A stretch of 64,000 bases of DNA from Kiritimatiellia bacterium (GTDB lineage: Bacteria > Verrucomicrobiota > Kiritimatiellia > RFP12 > UBA1067). Positions 35,295-44,982 of this stretch are shown here, piece by piece. Below the pieces are notes generated by a model, which worked only from the letters and a program-made list of their open reading frames with translations, was not told where the DNA came from and ran no database searches. The stretch is from positions 13,628 to 77,627 of the forward strand of contig JBJEWF010000022.1 in assembly GCA_051884915.1 (NCBI GenBank). The letters run 5' to 3'. The translations under genes were made by a program, and so were the position numbers. Numbering within the stretch: the first letter of the stretch is position 1; every line of letters starts with the position of its first letter.

Positions 35295-36446
35295 ATGAAA
35301 TGCCTTTTCGCCATCCTGTTCGCCCTGACGGCGTTTCTGGCGCCGGCGAAGCCCGTTTGCGTCGGCGAGATGTGCTATCCGTCGGAGGAGATGGCCCTTG
35401 CGGCCGGCGTGCCGGCGGACAAGGTCTTCGGCACGCGGCGCCTGGGGTTCGGCTACATGCGGGCGCCTGAATTCCTCGCGTTCCTCAGGAACGAAGAACG
35501 GCCCGCCGAAGACCTGGAGAACCATTCGCTGGCCGTGATCTTCCTGCTGGTCCTCCTTGGCGGGCTGGCGGCGAATCTGACGCCCTGCGTGCTGCCGCTG
35601 GTCCCCGTCAATCTTGCGCTCGTCGGGAAGGGATGGCGCCGGGGCGCGGCGTACGGGCTGGGCATTGCGGTGGCGTACGGCGCGCTGGGCCTGGCGGCCG
35701 CGTTCGGGGGATTGGCGTTCGGCGCCATCCAGGGCAATCCCTGGTTCAACCTGTTTGTCGCGGGCGTCTTCCTCGTGCTGGGGCTGGCGATGGCCGAGGT
35801 GTTTTTCATCGATTTCGCCCGGCATCGCACGAAACTCGCGAAGGGCGGGCCGTTCCTGCTGGGAGTCGGCGCGGCGGTGCTGGCGGGGGCGTGCGTGGAG
35901 CCGATTCTGCTGGCGACGCTTCTGCTGACCGCCAAATGGCATGCGGCGGGGAAGGCCTGGGCGGTGGTTCTCCCGTTCGTTCTCGGCGCCGGCATGGGGC
36001 TGCCCTGGCCGTTCGCCGCCGCGGGGCTTTCCGTCCTGCCGAAGCCCGGCGCGTGGATGCGCTGGGTGAACCGCGCGTTCGCCGCCGTGCTGTTCGTCCT
36101 GGCGGCCTGGTATGGCTGCCAGGGCGTCCGGGGGCTGCTGCCCCGGTCGGCGCCGCGGGACCCGGCCGCGGAACCGTCCCCCGGCCCGGCGAACCGCCCC
36201 CGGCTGGTCATTCTCGGCGCGCCCTGGTGCAAGAACTGCACGGCGATGGAGAAGACGACGCTGCGGCACCCCGACGTGCTCAAGGCGCTGGCGGGTTTCG
36301 ACGTCCGCCACGTCGAGATCGAGAGGTTCGACGACCTGAAGAACTATCCGGAACTGGCGGATCTTCCCATTCGCGGCGTCCCGGCCTACGTCGTCATCGC
36401 GGCCTCGGAGACGCCGGCGGAAAACGGGGCAGGAGGAACGAAATGA
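35295..36446 (+). CDS. DsbD/CcdA-type thiol:disulfide transmembrane electron transporter fused to a thioredoxin-like domain
   Basis: Signal peptide, membrane-embedded LTPCVLPLVP and GACVEPIL Cys motifs, and C-terminal APWCKNC (WCxxC). Confidence 0.8.
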   Translation: MKCLFAILFALTAFLAPAKPVCVGEMCYPSEEMALAAGVPADKVFGTRRLGFGYMRAPEFLAFLRNEERPAEDLENHSLAVIFLLVLLGGLAANLTPCVLPLVPVNLALVGKGWRRGAAYGLGIAVAYGALGLAAAFGGLAFGAIQGNPWFNLFVAGVFLVLGLAMAEVFFIDFARHRTKLAKGGPFLLGVGAAVLAGACVEPILLATLLLTAKWHAAGKAWAVVLPFVLGAGMGLPWPFAAAGLSVLPKPGAWMRWVNRAFAAVLFVLAAWYGCQGVRGLLPRSAPRDPAAEPSPGPANRPRLVILGAPWCKNCTAMEKTTLRHPDVLKALAGFDVRHVEIERFDDLKNYPELADLPIRGVPAYVVIAASETPAENGAGGTK

Positions 36447-37705
36447 AGCTGAAACACGTGAAAGCGGCGAGCTGGCAGATGGACATGATGCTGAACATGC
36501 GTCCCGGCGACCTGGCGGGGAACGCCGCGCTGCTGCTGAAGATCGTGAAGCGGTTCGCGGCAGAGGGGGAGAGGGACATCGTCGTCCCCGAGAATTTCCT
36601 GCGGGGCGGAGACTGCGGTTCGCTGGAACGGCATGCGGCTTTCCGGGCGGCCGAGGAGAAGGCGCTGGCGAAGGTGGTCCAGGCGGTCCGGAAGATCAGG
36701 CGGGCGCCGCGCCTTCACTTCGAGGGGGCCATCGAGGCGGCGCTGATTCCCCCCGGGCCCGATCCGCGTTTCCCGTTCGGGGGAAACCCCGAAGCCGTGT
36801 TCTCCCGCCAGGTTTCCGGGCTGATGCGCCGGCTGCTGGCGATCGGCTGCCGGGACGTCGTGATCGGCCTTTCCGGCGGGCTGGACAGCGCGCTGGCGCT
36901 GCTCGTGTCGGTGGCGGCGTTCATGCTGCTGGGCTACGATTCCGCGGGCATCCACGTCCTGACGATGCCGGGTTTTGGCACGACGAAGCGGACCCGGGGC
37001 AATGCGGACCGGCTGTGCGAGGGCCTGGGCCTCGCGCTGACGACGATCGACATCACGCCCGCCTGCCGCCGCCATTTCAAGGACATCGGCCACGACGAAA
37101 CCCGGCACGACGTCACGTTCGAGAACGCGCAGGCCCGCATGCGGACGATGATCCTGATGGACAAGGCCAACCAATGCGGCGGCATCGTCATCGGGACGGG
37201 CGACATGAGCGAGATCGCCCTTGGCTGGTGCACGTACAACGGCGACCACATGAGCATGTTCGGCGTCAACGCCGGCGTGCCGAAGACGACGGTCCGCGAG
37301 GTCTGCACCTGGTGGGCGGAGCAGTTCGGCGGCCTGGCCGGCGAGGCGCTGCTGGACATCGTCGCCACGCCCGTCAGCCCCGAACTCCTGCCGACGGCCC
37401 CGGACGGCACGATCGCCCAGAGGACGGAAGACAGGATCGGCCCCTATGAGCTGCACGACTTCTTCCTGTGGCAGTTCGTGGCCGAGCAGAAGGGGAAGAA
37501 GGAGATCCTCGCCGCGGCGAAGCGCGTCTTCAAGGGCGTCTACCCGGTCGCCGCGATCCGGAAGTGGCTGGACGTCTTCTTCCGCCGTTTCTTCGCGCAG
37601 GCCTTCAAGCGCAATTGCGCGCCTGACGGCGTGCCGGTCTTCTCCGTCTACCTGTCGCCGTCCGCCTGGCACGTCCCCAGCGAATCGTCCGGCTCCTGGC
37701 TTTGA
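36443..37705 (+). CDS. nadE: NAD+ synthase with a short, apparently vestigial N-terminal CN-hydrolase-like region
   Basis: PP-loop VVIGLSGGLDSALAL, FENAQARMR, GTGDMSEIALGWCTYNGDH. ATGA overlap with the preceding stop, AGGAGGAA SD. The upstream part of ORF 35633-37705 is rejected. Confidence 0.85.
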   Translation: MKLKHVKAASWQMDMMLNMRPGDLAGNAALLLKIVKRFAAEGERDIVVPENFLRGGDCGSLERHAAFRAAEEKALAKVVQAVRKIRRAPRLHFEGAIEAALIPPGPDPRFPFGGNPEAVFSRQVSGLMRRLLAIGCRDVVIGLSGGLDSALALLVSVAAFMLLGYDSAGIHVLTMPGFGTTKRTRGNADRLCEGLGLALTTIDITPACRRHFKDIGHDETRHDVTFENAQARMRTMILMDKANQCGGIVIGTGDMSEIALGWCTYNGDHMSMFGVNAGVPKTTVREVCTWWAEQFGGLAGEALLDIVATPVSPELLPTAPDGTIAQRTEDRIGPYELHDFFLWQFVAEQKGKKEILAAAKRVFKGVYPVAAIRKWLDVFFRRFFAQAFKRNCAPDGVPVFSVYLSPSAWHVPSESSGSWL

Positions 37706-37810
37706 TTGTCCCGTCTCCGGGCGGGCGGACGCCCGGCCGACGCCGCGCGCGCCTTTTCACGGGAATGTCGGCGCCGGCGGCCGTCGCGGTTTGCGTCCGT
37801 TTCCGCGATT

Positions 37811-37819
37811 TGGTATACT
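37811..37819 (+). promoter_or_regulatory. extended -10 promoter element TGGTATACT upstream of asd
   Basis: Lies 43 nt upstream of ATG 37863. The leader has the hairpin ggggcc-tcc-ggcccc and an AAGGA SD. Confidence 0.45.
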
Positions 37820-37862
37820 AGGCGCAAATCTTCGGGGCCTCCGGCCCCTTCAAGGACACGCA

Positions 37863-38876
37863 ATGAGCAAAGAGTACAAAGTCGGTTTGGTTGGCGTCGG
37901 CGCCGTCGGCGCCGAGATGGTCAGGGTTCTCAAGGATCGCAACTTCCCCTGCGGGACGGTCCGGATATTCGCGTCCCGCGAGCGGGACGAAGTCATCGAC
38001 GGCGAGACGTACCACGTCCGGAAGGTCGATGAAAAGTGCTTCGAGGGGCTGGACATCGTCCTGTTCGCCGGCAAGACGGACGTCGCCCTCCAGCTCAAGG
38101 ACGCCGTCGTGAAGGCGGGCGCCAAGATGATCGACAATTCGCGCGCGTTCCGCCAGGACCCCGAGGTCCCGCTGGTGGTGCCGCAGGTCAACCCCGAAGA
38201 CCTGGACTGGAACAAGGGCGTGATCGCGAACCCGAACTGCACGACCGCCATCATGCTTGAGGCGGTGGCGCCGCTCCACAAGGCGAAGCGGCTCAAACGG
38301 CTCGTGGCCGCCACCTACCAGGCCGCTTCGGGCGCGGGCAAGCCGGGGCTGGACGAGCTTGAAGACCAGATCCGCGCGTACGCGAAGGGCGAGCCGCTGG
38401 CGGTCAAGGCTTTCCAGCATCAGCTGATGTACAATCTGATTCCGCACATCGACAAGTTCGACGAGACCAACTGGTACACGCTCGAAGAGCTCAAGATGCG
38501 CAACGAGGCGCGCAAGATGCTCCACCATCCGGACCTCAAGCTCAGCTGCACGTGCGTGCGCGTGCCGATCGCCCGCGCGCATTCCGAGTCGCTGAATCTG
38601 GAATTCGAGGAGGACGTCACGCCGGAGGAGGCGCGCGCGATTCTCGCGAAGGCCGAGGGCGTCACGGTCGTCGACGACCCGCTCAACGGCGGCTATCCGA
38701 TGCCGCTGGACGCAACGGCGAAATACAACGTGCTGGCGGGCCGCATCCGCCAGGACATCAGCCGCGACGACAGGAAGGGCCTTGAAATGTTCGTTTCGGG
38801 CGACCAGCTGCTGCGCGGCGCGGCGCTGAATGCCGTGGAAATCGCCGAGCATCTCGTCGCGCGCGGTCTCGTCTGA
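37863..38876 (+). CDS. asd: aspartate-semialdehyde dehydrogenase
   Basis: VGLVGVGAVG, active-site IANPNCTT, YQAASGAG, and the C-terminal SGDQLLRGAALNAV. Confidence 0.92.
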   Translation: MSKEYKVGLVGVGAVGAEMVRVLKDRNFPCGTVRIFASRERDEVIDGETYHVRKVDEKCFEGLDIVLFAGKTDVALQLKDAVVKAGAKMIDNSRAFRQDPEVPLVVPQVNPEDLDWNKGVIANPNCTTAIMLEAVAPLHKAKRLKRLVAATYQAASGAGKPGLDELEDQIRAYAKGEPLAVKAFQHQLMYNLIPHIDKFDETNWYTLEELKMRNEARKMLHHPDLKLSCTCVRVPIARAHSESLNLEFEEDVTPEEARAILAKAEGVTVVDDPLNGGYPMPLDATAKYNVLAGRIRQDISRDDRKGLEMFVSGDQLLRGAALNAVEIAEHLVARGLV

Positions 38877-38951
38877 AGAAAAGAATGTCAGAACGGGACG
38901 CGGCGCGTTCCTAGTCCACATGTCAATCCAACAAGAAAAAGGAGATCAGCA

Positions 38952-39272
38952 ATGAAGAGAATCGTGATTGCGCTTTTGGCCGCAACGGCCCTGGTCGGGA
39001 CGGCGTCCGCGCGGCATCATCATGGTCGGCCCAGTCGGGGCGATGCGATCGCGGGCGGCATCGCCGCCGGCGTGACGGCCGCCCTGTTGGGAGCCCCCGT
39101 CACGCCGCCGCCGCCTCCGCCGCCGCCGCAGACGGTGGTCGTGCAGCAGCCGGTCGTGGCGCCGGCGCCCGTGGTCGTTCAGCCGGCCCCCGTGGTCGTG
39201 CAGCAGCCGGCGCCCGTAGTCGTGCAGCAGCCGGTCGTCGCGCCCGTCCGCACCACCACGATCTACCACTAA
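38952..39272 (+). CDS. small secreted/anchored Pro-Val-Gln repeat protein, unknown function
   Basis: AAAAAGGAG SD. Signal peptide MKRIVIALLAATALVGTASA, a Gly/Ala hydrophobic segment, a PPPPPPPP run, then four copies of PVVVQQP-like units. Confidence 0.6.
   Translation: MKRIVIALLAATALVGTASARHHHGRPSRGDAIAGGIAAGVTAALLGAPVTPPPPPPPPQTVVVQQPVVAPAPVVVQPAPVVVQQPAPVVVQQPVVAPVRTTTIYH
39135..39235 (+). repeat. imperfect tandem repeat inside the small PVQ-rich gene
   Basis: gtggtcgtgcagcagccgg recurs at 39135 and 39193, with variants at 39171 (gtggtcgttcagccgg) and 39217 (gtagtcgtgcagcagccgg). Confidence 0.8.
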
Positions 39273-39300
39273 CCGCCGGCATGGCCGGAAAGACGTCTCG

Positions 39301-42300
39301 GTGTATCTCAAACAGCTGGACATTCTCGGTTTCAAGTCCTTCGCGGACCGCACCCGGCTCACCTTCGAGCCGGGTATGATTGCCATTGTCGGGCCGAACG
39401 GATGCGGCAAGTCCAACGTCTCCGACGCGATCCGGTGGGTGCTCGGCGAACAGCGTCCCACGGCGATCCGCTGCTCGAAGCTGGTGGACGTCGTCTTCAA
39501 CGGCACCGACACCCGCAAGCCGCTCGGGCTGGCGGAGGTGTCGATCACGTTCGCCGACTGCGAGAAGGAGCTGGGAACCGAGTACCACGAGGTCACCGTC
39601 ACGCGGCGCGTCTACCGCGACGGGTCGGGCGAGTACTTCATCAACAAGGTGCGCAGCGGCCTGAAGGACATCAAGCGCCTGTTCATGGGCACGGGCATCG
39701 GCACGACGTCCTACTCCGTGATGGCCCAGGGCCAGATCGACCAGATCCTGTCGTCCAAGCCGGAAGACCGCCGCGCGGTCTTCGAGGAGGCCGCCGGGAT
39801 CACGAAGTTCAAGGCGGACCGCAAAGAGGCGATCCGGAAGATCGAGCAGACCGAGCAGAATCTGCTGCGCGAGGCGGACGTCCTGCGCGAGATGAAGCGC
39901 CAGATCGGCTCGCTGCAGCGCCAGGTGGGCAAGGCCGAAAAGGCCAAGGAACTCCGCGGCGAACTGCGGGGGCTGGACGTCTACGTCTCGAAGGGCAAGA
40001 TCCAGGCCTTCACCATGGCCCTGGAGACGAACGCCCGGAACCAGCGCGAAACGGAGCAGAGGATCGTCGACGCGACGGCGGCCGTGAACGCCGCGGAGAG
40101 CGCGTCGCAGCAGATCCATGCGGACCTGCACGCGCTGGAAGAGCGCCTGGCGACGCTGCAGTCCCGGGCCGCCCAGGCCGAGGGCGCCTATGCGCGCGCC
40201 CGCGAGGTCATCGGCGTCAACGAGCAGCGGATCGCCGAATACCAGGCCTTCAGCGACCGCGACGGCCGCGAGATCAGCCAGACGCGCCAGCAGCTGGAAG
40301 AGATCGGCATGCAGATCGAATCGCTGCAGCAGAAGACCGCGCTGCTGGAGGACGGGCTTGAAACCGCCCGGACGGTTCTGGAAGAGGCCGAAACGGCGTT
40401 TGCCGATTCGTCGTCCCGGATCGACGCGCTGCGCCAGGCCCTGCAGGAGGGGCGGATGGAATCGGTGGCCTGCGATCGCCGCGCGGCCGAAGTCCGCGAC
40501 GAGATCGCCCGGCTGGAGGCGCAGGCCCGCGAGGCGATCCTGAAGCGGGAGCGGCTGGTCAGCGAGAAGACGCAGCTGGAGGAAGCCGCGGCCGAGGCCG
40601 AGTCGACGCTGGCGGCCGTGGCGGTCCGCCGGAACGAGGCCCGCGCGGCGGAAGAGGCCGCGGCCCTGGCGAGCGAGACGGCGGAAAAGGCGCGGCTGGC
40701 GCTCGCCGCCGAACTGGAGGACCTGCGCGCCAATTTCGGGCGGATGCAGGCCGAGGCGGCGGCGAAGGAAGCGCAGCTGGATCTGCTGAACGACGCGAAA
40801 TCGGCGGGCGAAGCGTTTGCGGCCGGCGCCCAGGCGCTGCTGGAAGGTTCGCTCGACGTGGGCGAAGGCGTCGTCCTGGGGGCGCTGGCGGACCGCTTCG
40901 ATGCGCCCGCCGCGTACCGCCTGGCGCTGGAAGCCGCGCTCCGCGCCTGGCTCGACGCCATTGTCGTGGCGGACGCGTCGGCGGCGCGGACGGTCGTCCA
41001 GGCGCTGCTCGGCAAGCAGGCCGGCAGCGCGCGGCTGGTGTCGGCCGCCGTGCCGCCGGCGGGGGCGCCGCGCGTGCCGCCGGCGGGGGACCGTCTGCTG
41101 GACCATGTGACGGTCGCGGAGGATTTCAGGGCGGCGGCGGACTTGCTGGTGGGCGACGTCGTGGTGGCGGACGGCCCCGTGGCCGGCGCGCGCGCGGTGA
41201 CGCTGCAAGGCGTCGTCTACGGTCCGGACGGGACGGTTGACGTGTGGCTGCCGGGAACGGCGGCCGCCTCGCCCCTGAGCCGCAAGATGCTGATTTCCGA
41301 GACGGCCGAATCGCTGGAGGCGCTGCGCGCGCGCATCGAGGCGGGCCGCCGGACGCTGGCGACGGGCGCCGAGAAATCGGCGGCGCTAGCCGAACAGGCG
41401 AAGTGCGCGGCGGCGGCGCTGTCCGACGCCCGTCGCGCGGCGGCCCAGGCGGAAGGCGAGCACGCGAGCGTCGCGCGCGACGCGCAGGCCGTCAGCCGGC
41501 GGCTCGCCCAGGTGGGCGAGGATCTGGCTTCGGTCCAGGCCGCCAATGCGGGCGGCGACGCGAAACGCGCCGAATGGGCGGACGCGCTTGAGGAGGCGCT
41601 GGCCCGCCGCGACGCCCTGATGGACCGCACGGCCCGGCAGCAGGAGGAACTTCAGGGTCTGGAGCTCGCGCATGGCGAGGCGAGCCGCCGGCTCACGGAA
41701 AAGCGCATCGCCGCCGCCCAGATGGAGAACGAGCTTCAGCTGACGTCCCAGCAGAGCGCGGACGCCGTGCGCCGCCGCGAGGAGCTTGCGCGCATGATTG
41801 CCGGCCGCCAGGCGGGCATCCGCGGCTACGAGGATTCCATCCGGCGGCTGCGCGACGAGACGGCCGAGCTGATGGGGTCGCTCGACGAACTGCGCGAGCA
41901 GGCGGTCGAGATCCACGGCCTGGTCGAGGAGGCGCGCGGCGAACGCGGCGTCCTCCAGGAGAAGTTGAGCGCGTCGGAGAGCGCCGTCGGCGCGCAGCGC
42001 GCGGAGCTTGACCGGGCGCGCGAATTCAAGGGCAAGCTCGAAGTGGCGGCCACCGAGGCCACGATGCGCCGCCAGAACGTCTACGACCACCTGAACCAGG
42101 AATACGGTCTCGACCCGAACGCCGTCCTCCGCGAACCCGATCCCGAATGGAAGGGGGGCGAGCCGCCGCCGCAGGAGGTCCTCGAAAACCGGGTCAACGA
42201 CCTGCTGGCGCAGATCGCCGCCCTCGGTCCGGTGAACATGGTCGCCATCGACGATTTCCGCGAACTGGAAGAGCGCTACACGCGCGAGAAGGCGCAGGAG

Positions 42301-42888
42301 GCCGACCTGCTCGCCGCGAAGGAGCAGATCCGCGAACTGATCCAGAACCTGAACGAGAAGTCCGGGCAGATGTTCCGCAGCACGTTCGAGCAGGCGAACC
42401 GGAATTTCCAGCAGATGTTCACGAAGCTCTTCAATGGCGGCGAGGCGCGTCTGGTGCTGCTGGAGAATGCGGAGGATCCGCTCGAATGCGGCATCGACAT
42501 CATCGCCCGTCCGCCCGGCAAGCGCCCGCAGAGCGTCACGCTCCTCTCCGGCGGCGAACGGACGATGACGGCCGTCGCCCTGCTGTTCGCCATCTTCATG
42601 ATCAAGCCGGCGCCGTTCTGCATGCTGGACGAGCTGGACGCCGCGCTGGACGACGCCAACATCGGGCGTTTCGTCGAGGCGCTGAAGGAGTTTCTCGACC
42701 GTTCGCAGTTCCTGATCATCACGCACAACCAGCACACGATTGCCGGTTCCGATCTGGTCTACGGCGTGTCGCAGCAGGAGAAGGGCGTGTCGCGCGTCAT
42801 CTCGATGCGCCTGACCGACATCGGCATCAGGCCGGTCCCCGAAGACGAGCGGACGCGAATCCCCCCGGAAAGAACGGATGGCGAATGA
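39301..42888 (+). CDS. smc: chromosome segregation protein SMC
   Basis: GTG start giving MYLKQLDILGFKSFAD. Walker A GPNGCGKSN, long coiled coils, signature LSGGERT, Walker B FCMLDELDAALD. Confidence 0.92.
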   Translation: MYLKQLDILGFKSFADRTRLTFEPGMIAIVGPNGCGKSNVSDAIRWVLGEQRPTAIRCSKLVDVVFNGTDTRKPLGLAEVSITFADCEKELGTEYHEVTVTRRVYRDGSGEYFINKVRSGLKDIKRLFMGTGIGTTSYSVMAQGQIDQILSSKPEDRRAVFEEAAGITKFKADRKEAIRKIEQTEQNLLREADVLREMKRQIGSLQRQVGKAEKAKELRGELRGLDVYVSKGKIQAFTMALETNARNQRETEQRIVDATAAVNAAESASQQIHADLHALEERLATLQSRAAQAEGAYARAREVIGVNEQRIAEYQAFSDRDGREISQTRQQLEEIGMQIESLQQKTALLEDGLETARTVLEEAETAFADSSSRIDALRQALQEGRMESVACDRRAAEVRDEIARLEAQAREAILKRERLVSEKTQLEEAAAEAESTLAAVAVRRNEARAAEEAAALASETAEKARLALAAELEDLRANFGRMQAEAAAKEAQLDLLNDAKSAGEAFAAGAQALLEGSLDVGEGVVLGALADRFDAPAAYRLALEAALRAWLDAIVVADASAARTVVQALLGKQAGSARLVSAAVPPAGAPRVPPAGDRLLDHVTVAEDFRAAADLLVGDVVVADGPVAGARAVTLQGVVYGPDGTVDVWLPGTAAASPLSRKMLISETAESLEALRARIEAGRRTLATGAEKSAALAEQAKCAAAALSDARRAAAQAEGEHASVARDAQAVSRRLAQVGEDLASVQAANAGGDAKRAEWADALEEALARRDALMDRTARQQEELQGLELAHGEASRRLTEKRIAAAQMENELQLTSQQSADAVRRREELARMIAGRQAGIRGYEDSIRRLRDETAELMGSLDELREQAVEIHGLVEEARGERGVLQEKLSASESAVGAQRAELDRAREFKGKLEVAATEATMRRQNVYDHLNQEYGLDPNAVLREPDPEWKGGEPPPQEVLENRVNDLLAQIAALGPVNMVAIDDFRELEERYTREKAQEADLLAAKEQIRELIQNLNEKSGQMFRSTFEQANRNFQQMFTKLFNGGEARLVLLENAEDPLECGIDIIARPPGKRPQSVTLLSGGERTMTAVALLFAIFMIKPAPFCMLDELDAALDDANIGRFVEALKEFLDRSQFLIITHNQHTIAGSDLVYGVSQQEKGVSRVISMRLTDIGIRPVPEDERTRIPPERTDGE

Positions 42889-43409
42889 AACGGATTGAAG
42901 ACCATGTTCGGACGGTAGCCGATTTCCCCAAGCCGGGGATCCTGTTTCGCGACGTGACGGGCGTGCTGGCCTCGCACGAGGGCCTGCGCCTGGCGGTCGA
43001 CTCGTTCGCGGACGCTTTGGCCGGCGTGGCGTTCGACATCGTCGTGGGCGTCGAATCCCGCGGCTTCATCTTCGGCGCGCCGGTGGCCTACAAGCTGGGC
43101 AAGGCTTTCGTTCCCGTGCGCAAGTCCGGCAAACTGCCCGGCCGGACGATTTCCGAATCGTACGCGCTTGAATACGGCGAGGCGACGCTCCAGATCCACG
43201 CCTGCGACGTCCGGCCCGGCCAGCGCGTGGTCGTCGTCGACGACCTGCTGGCGACGGGCGGCACGGCCGCGGCGGCCGCCCGGCTGGTGGAGCGTCTCGG
43301 CGCGAAGGTCGTCAAGATGGCGTTTCTCGTCGAACTTGACGACCTGGGCGGCCGTCAGGCGCTTTCGGCCTACGAGATTGCGAGCTTCGCCCATTTCCCG
43401 GGCCATTGA
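42885..43409 (+). CDS. apt: adenine phosphoribosyltransferase
   Basis: DFPKPGILFRDVT, GVESRGFIFG, PRPP motif VVVVDDLLATGGT. ATGA overlap with the smc stop. Confidence 0.92.
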   Translation: MKRIEDHVRTVADFPKPGILFRDVTGVLASHEGLRLAVDSFADALAGVAFDIVVGVESRGFIFGAPVAYKLGKAFVPVRKSGKLPGRTISESYALEYGEATLQIHACDVRPGQRVVVVDDLLATGGTAAAAARLVERLGAKVVKMAFLVELDDLGGRQALSAYEIASFAHFPGH

Positions 43410-43422
43410 CATCCAACGACTT

Positions 43423-44982
43423 ATGAGCAGCGAAACCGTCAAACAACGTGAATGGATCGCCATTCTCGACTATGGGTCCCAGTATACGCAATTGATCGCC
43501 CGCCGCATCCGCGAACAGCATGTCTACTCGGAGATCGTCCGGTTCGACACGACGGCGGCGCGGCTCCGGGCGCGTCCGCCCAAGGGCATCATCCTGTCCG
43601 GCGGGCCGAACAGCGTGTTCGAAAAGGGCTCGCCGGGCATCGACAGGGAGATCTTCAACCTCGGCGTTCCCGTGCTGGGCGTGTGCTACGGCATGCAGCT
43701 GATGAGCCAGGAGCTGGGCGGCGAGGTCCAGCCCGGCGAGTTGCGCGAATACGGCAAGACGGAGATGACCGTGATGCCGGGCAACCGCCTCTTCAAGGGC
43801 CTGCCGGACAAGTTCGTCGTCTGGATGAGCCACGGCGACCGCGTGGCCGCGATTCCCGAAGGCTTCAAGGCGTCGGCCGTTTCGGACAACTGCCCGTACG
43901 CGGCGATGCGGAACGAGGAAAAGAACTTCTACGGCATCCAGTTCCATCCGGAAGTCGTCCACACGCAGCACGGCAGCCAGATCCTCTCGAACTTCATCTT
44001 CAACATCTGCGGCTGTTCGGGCGACTGGCAGCTGACGACCTGGATCGAGGATACGGTCGCGGACCTGAAGGCGCGTCTCGGCGACGAGGAGGTGGTGCTG
44101 GGACTCTCCGGCGGCGTCGATTCGTCCGTCGTGGCCGTTCTCCTCCACAAGGCGATCGGCACGCGCCTGCACTGCATTTTCGTGGACAACGGCCTGCTCC
44201 GCCACGACGAGGACCGGCAGGTCGAGGAGATGTTCCACGCCAAGCTCGGGCTGGACCTTCACGTGGCGCACGCCGCGCCGCGCTTCTACGCGGCGCTCGC
44301 CGGCGTGGACGATCCGGAACGGAAGCGCAAGATCATCGGCCGCGAGTTCATCAACGTCTTCGCGGAGGAGGCGCGCGCGTTCAGGCACTGCCGGTTCCTC
44401 GGCCAGGGGACGATCTATCCGGACGTGATCGAATCGTCCCACGCGCTCAAGGGACCGTCGCAGACGATCAAGAGCCACCACAACGTGGGCGGACTCCCGC
44501 CCGACCTCAAGTTCGAACTGGTCGAACCGCTGCGCGATCTCTTCAAGGACGAAGTGCGCGCCGTCGGCCGCGTGCTGGGCATGGACGCGGAACTGCTCGA
44601 CCGCCAGCCGTTCCCGGGCCCGGGGCTGGGCGTGCGCATCCTCGGCGAAATCACCGAGGAGAAGGTGAAGCTTCTGCAGCAGGCCGACTTGCGCGTCCAG
44701 GAGGAGGTGCGCAAACTTCCGGACTACAAGTCGATCTGGCAGACGTTCGCCGTGCTGCTTCCCGTGAAGAGCGTCGGCGTCATGGGCGACCAGCGCACGT
44801 ACGAGTATACCTGCGCGATCCGCAGCGTGAACTCGGTCGACGCGATGACGGCCGACTGGACGCGTCTGCCCTACGAGACGCTGGCGACCATCTCCAACCG
44901 CATCATCAACGAGGTGCGGGGCATCAACCGCGTGGTCTACGACATCTCCTCCAAGCCGCCGGCGACGATCGAATGGGAATGA
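43423..44982 (+). CDS. guaA: glutamine-hydrolysing GMP synthase
   Basis: ILDYGSQYTQLIARRIRE, GATase CYGMQL, PP-loop GLSGGVDSSV, C-terminal SKPPATIEWE. Confidence 0.93.
   Translation: MSSETVKQREWIAILDYGSQYTQLIARRIREQHVYSEIVRFDTTAARLRARPPKGIILSGGPNSVFEKGSPGIDREIFNLGVPVLGVCYGMQLMSQELGGEVQPGELREYGKTEMTVMPGNRLFKGLPDKFVVWMSHGDRVAAIPEGFKASAVSDNCPYAAMRNEEKNFYGIQFHPEVVHTQHGSQILSNFIFNICGCSGDWQLTTWIEDTVADLKARLGDEEVVLGLSGGVDSSVVAVLLHKAIGTRLHCIFVDNGLLRHDEDRQVEEMFHAKLGLDLHVAHAAPRFYAALAGVDDPERKRKIIGREFINVFAEEARAFRHCRFLGQGTIYPDVIESSHALKGPSQTIKSHHNVGGLPPDLKFELVEPLRDLFKDEVRAVGRVLGMDAELLDRQPFPGPGLGVRILGEITEEKVKLLQQADLRVQEEVRKLPDYKSIWQTFAVLLPVKSVGVMGDQRTYEYTCAIRSVNSVDAMTADWTRLPYETLATISNRIINEVRGINRVVYDISSKPPATIEWE

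Noticed and set aside
43168-43422. Long N-terminal extensions offered by the ORF track: 43168 (guaA), 43452 (rlmD-like), 35633 (nadE), 37446 (asd), 7914/7934 (ispF/DUF192), 10969 (nagA), 13279 (MBL), 42147 (apt), 49336 (pilO-like), 54181 (mlaF), 47533 (GH) and 61029 (S1).
   Set aside because: The extensions overlap the preceding conserved gene in another frame and are Arg/Pro-rich. They end at an internal Met that reproduces the canonical family N-terminus, usually with an SD or an ATGA junction.
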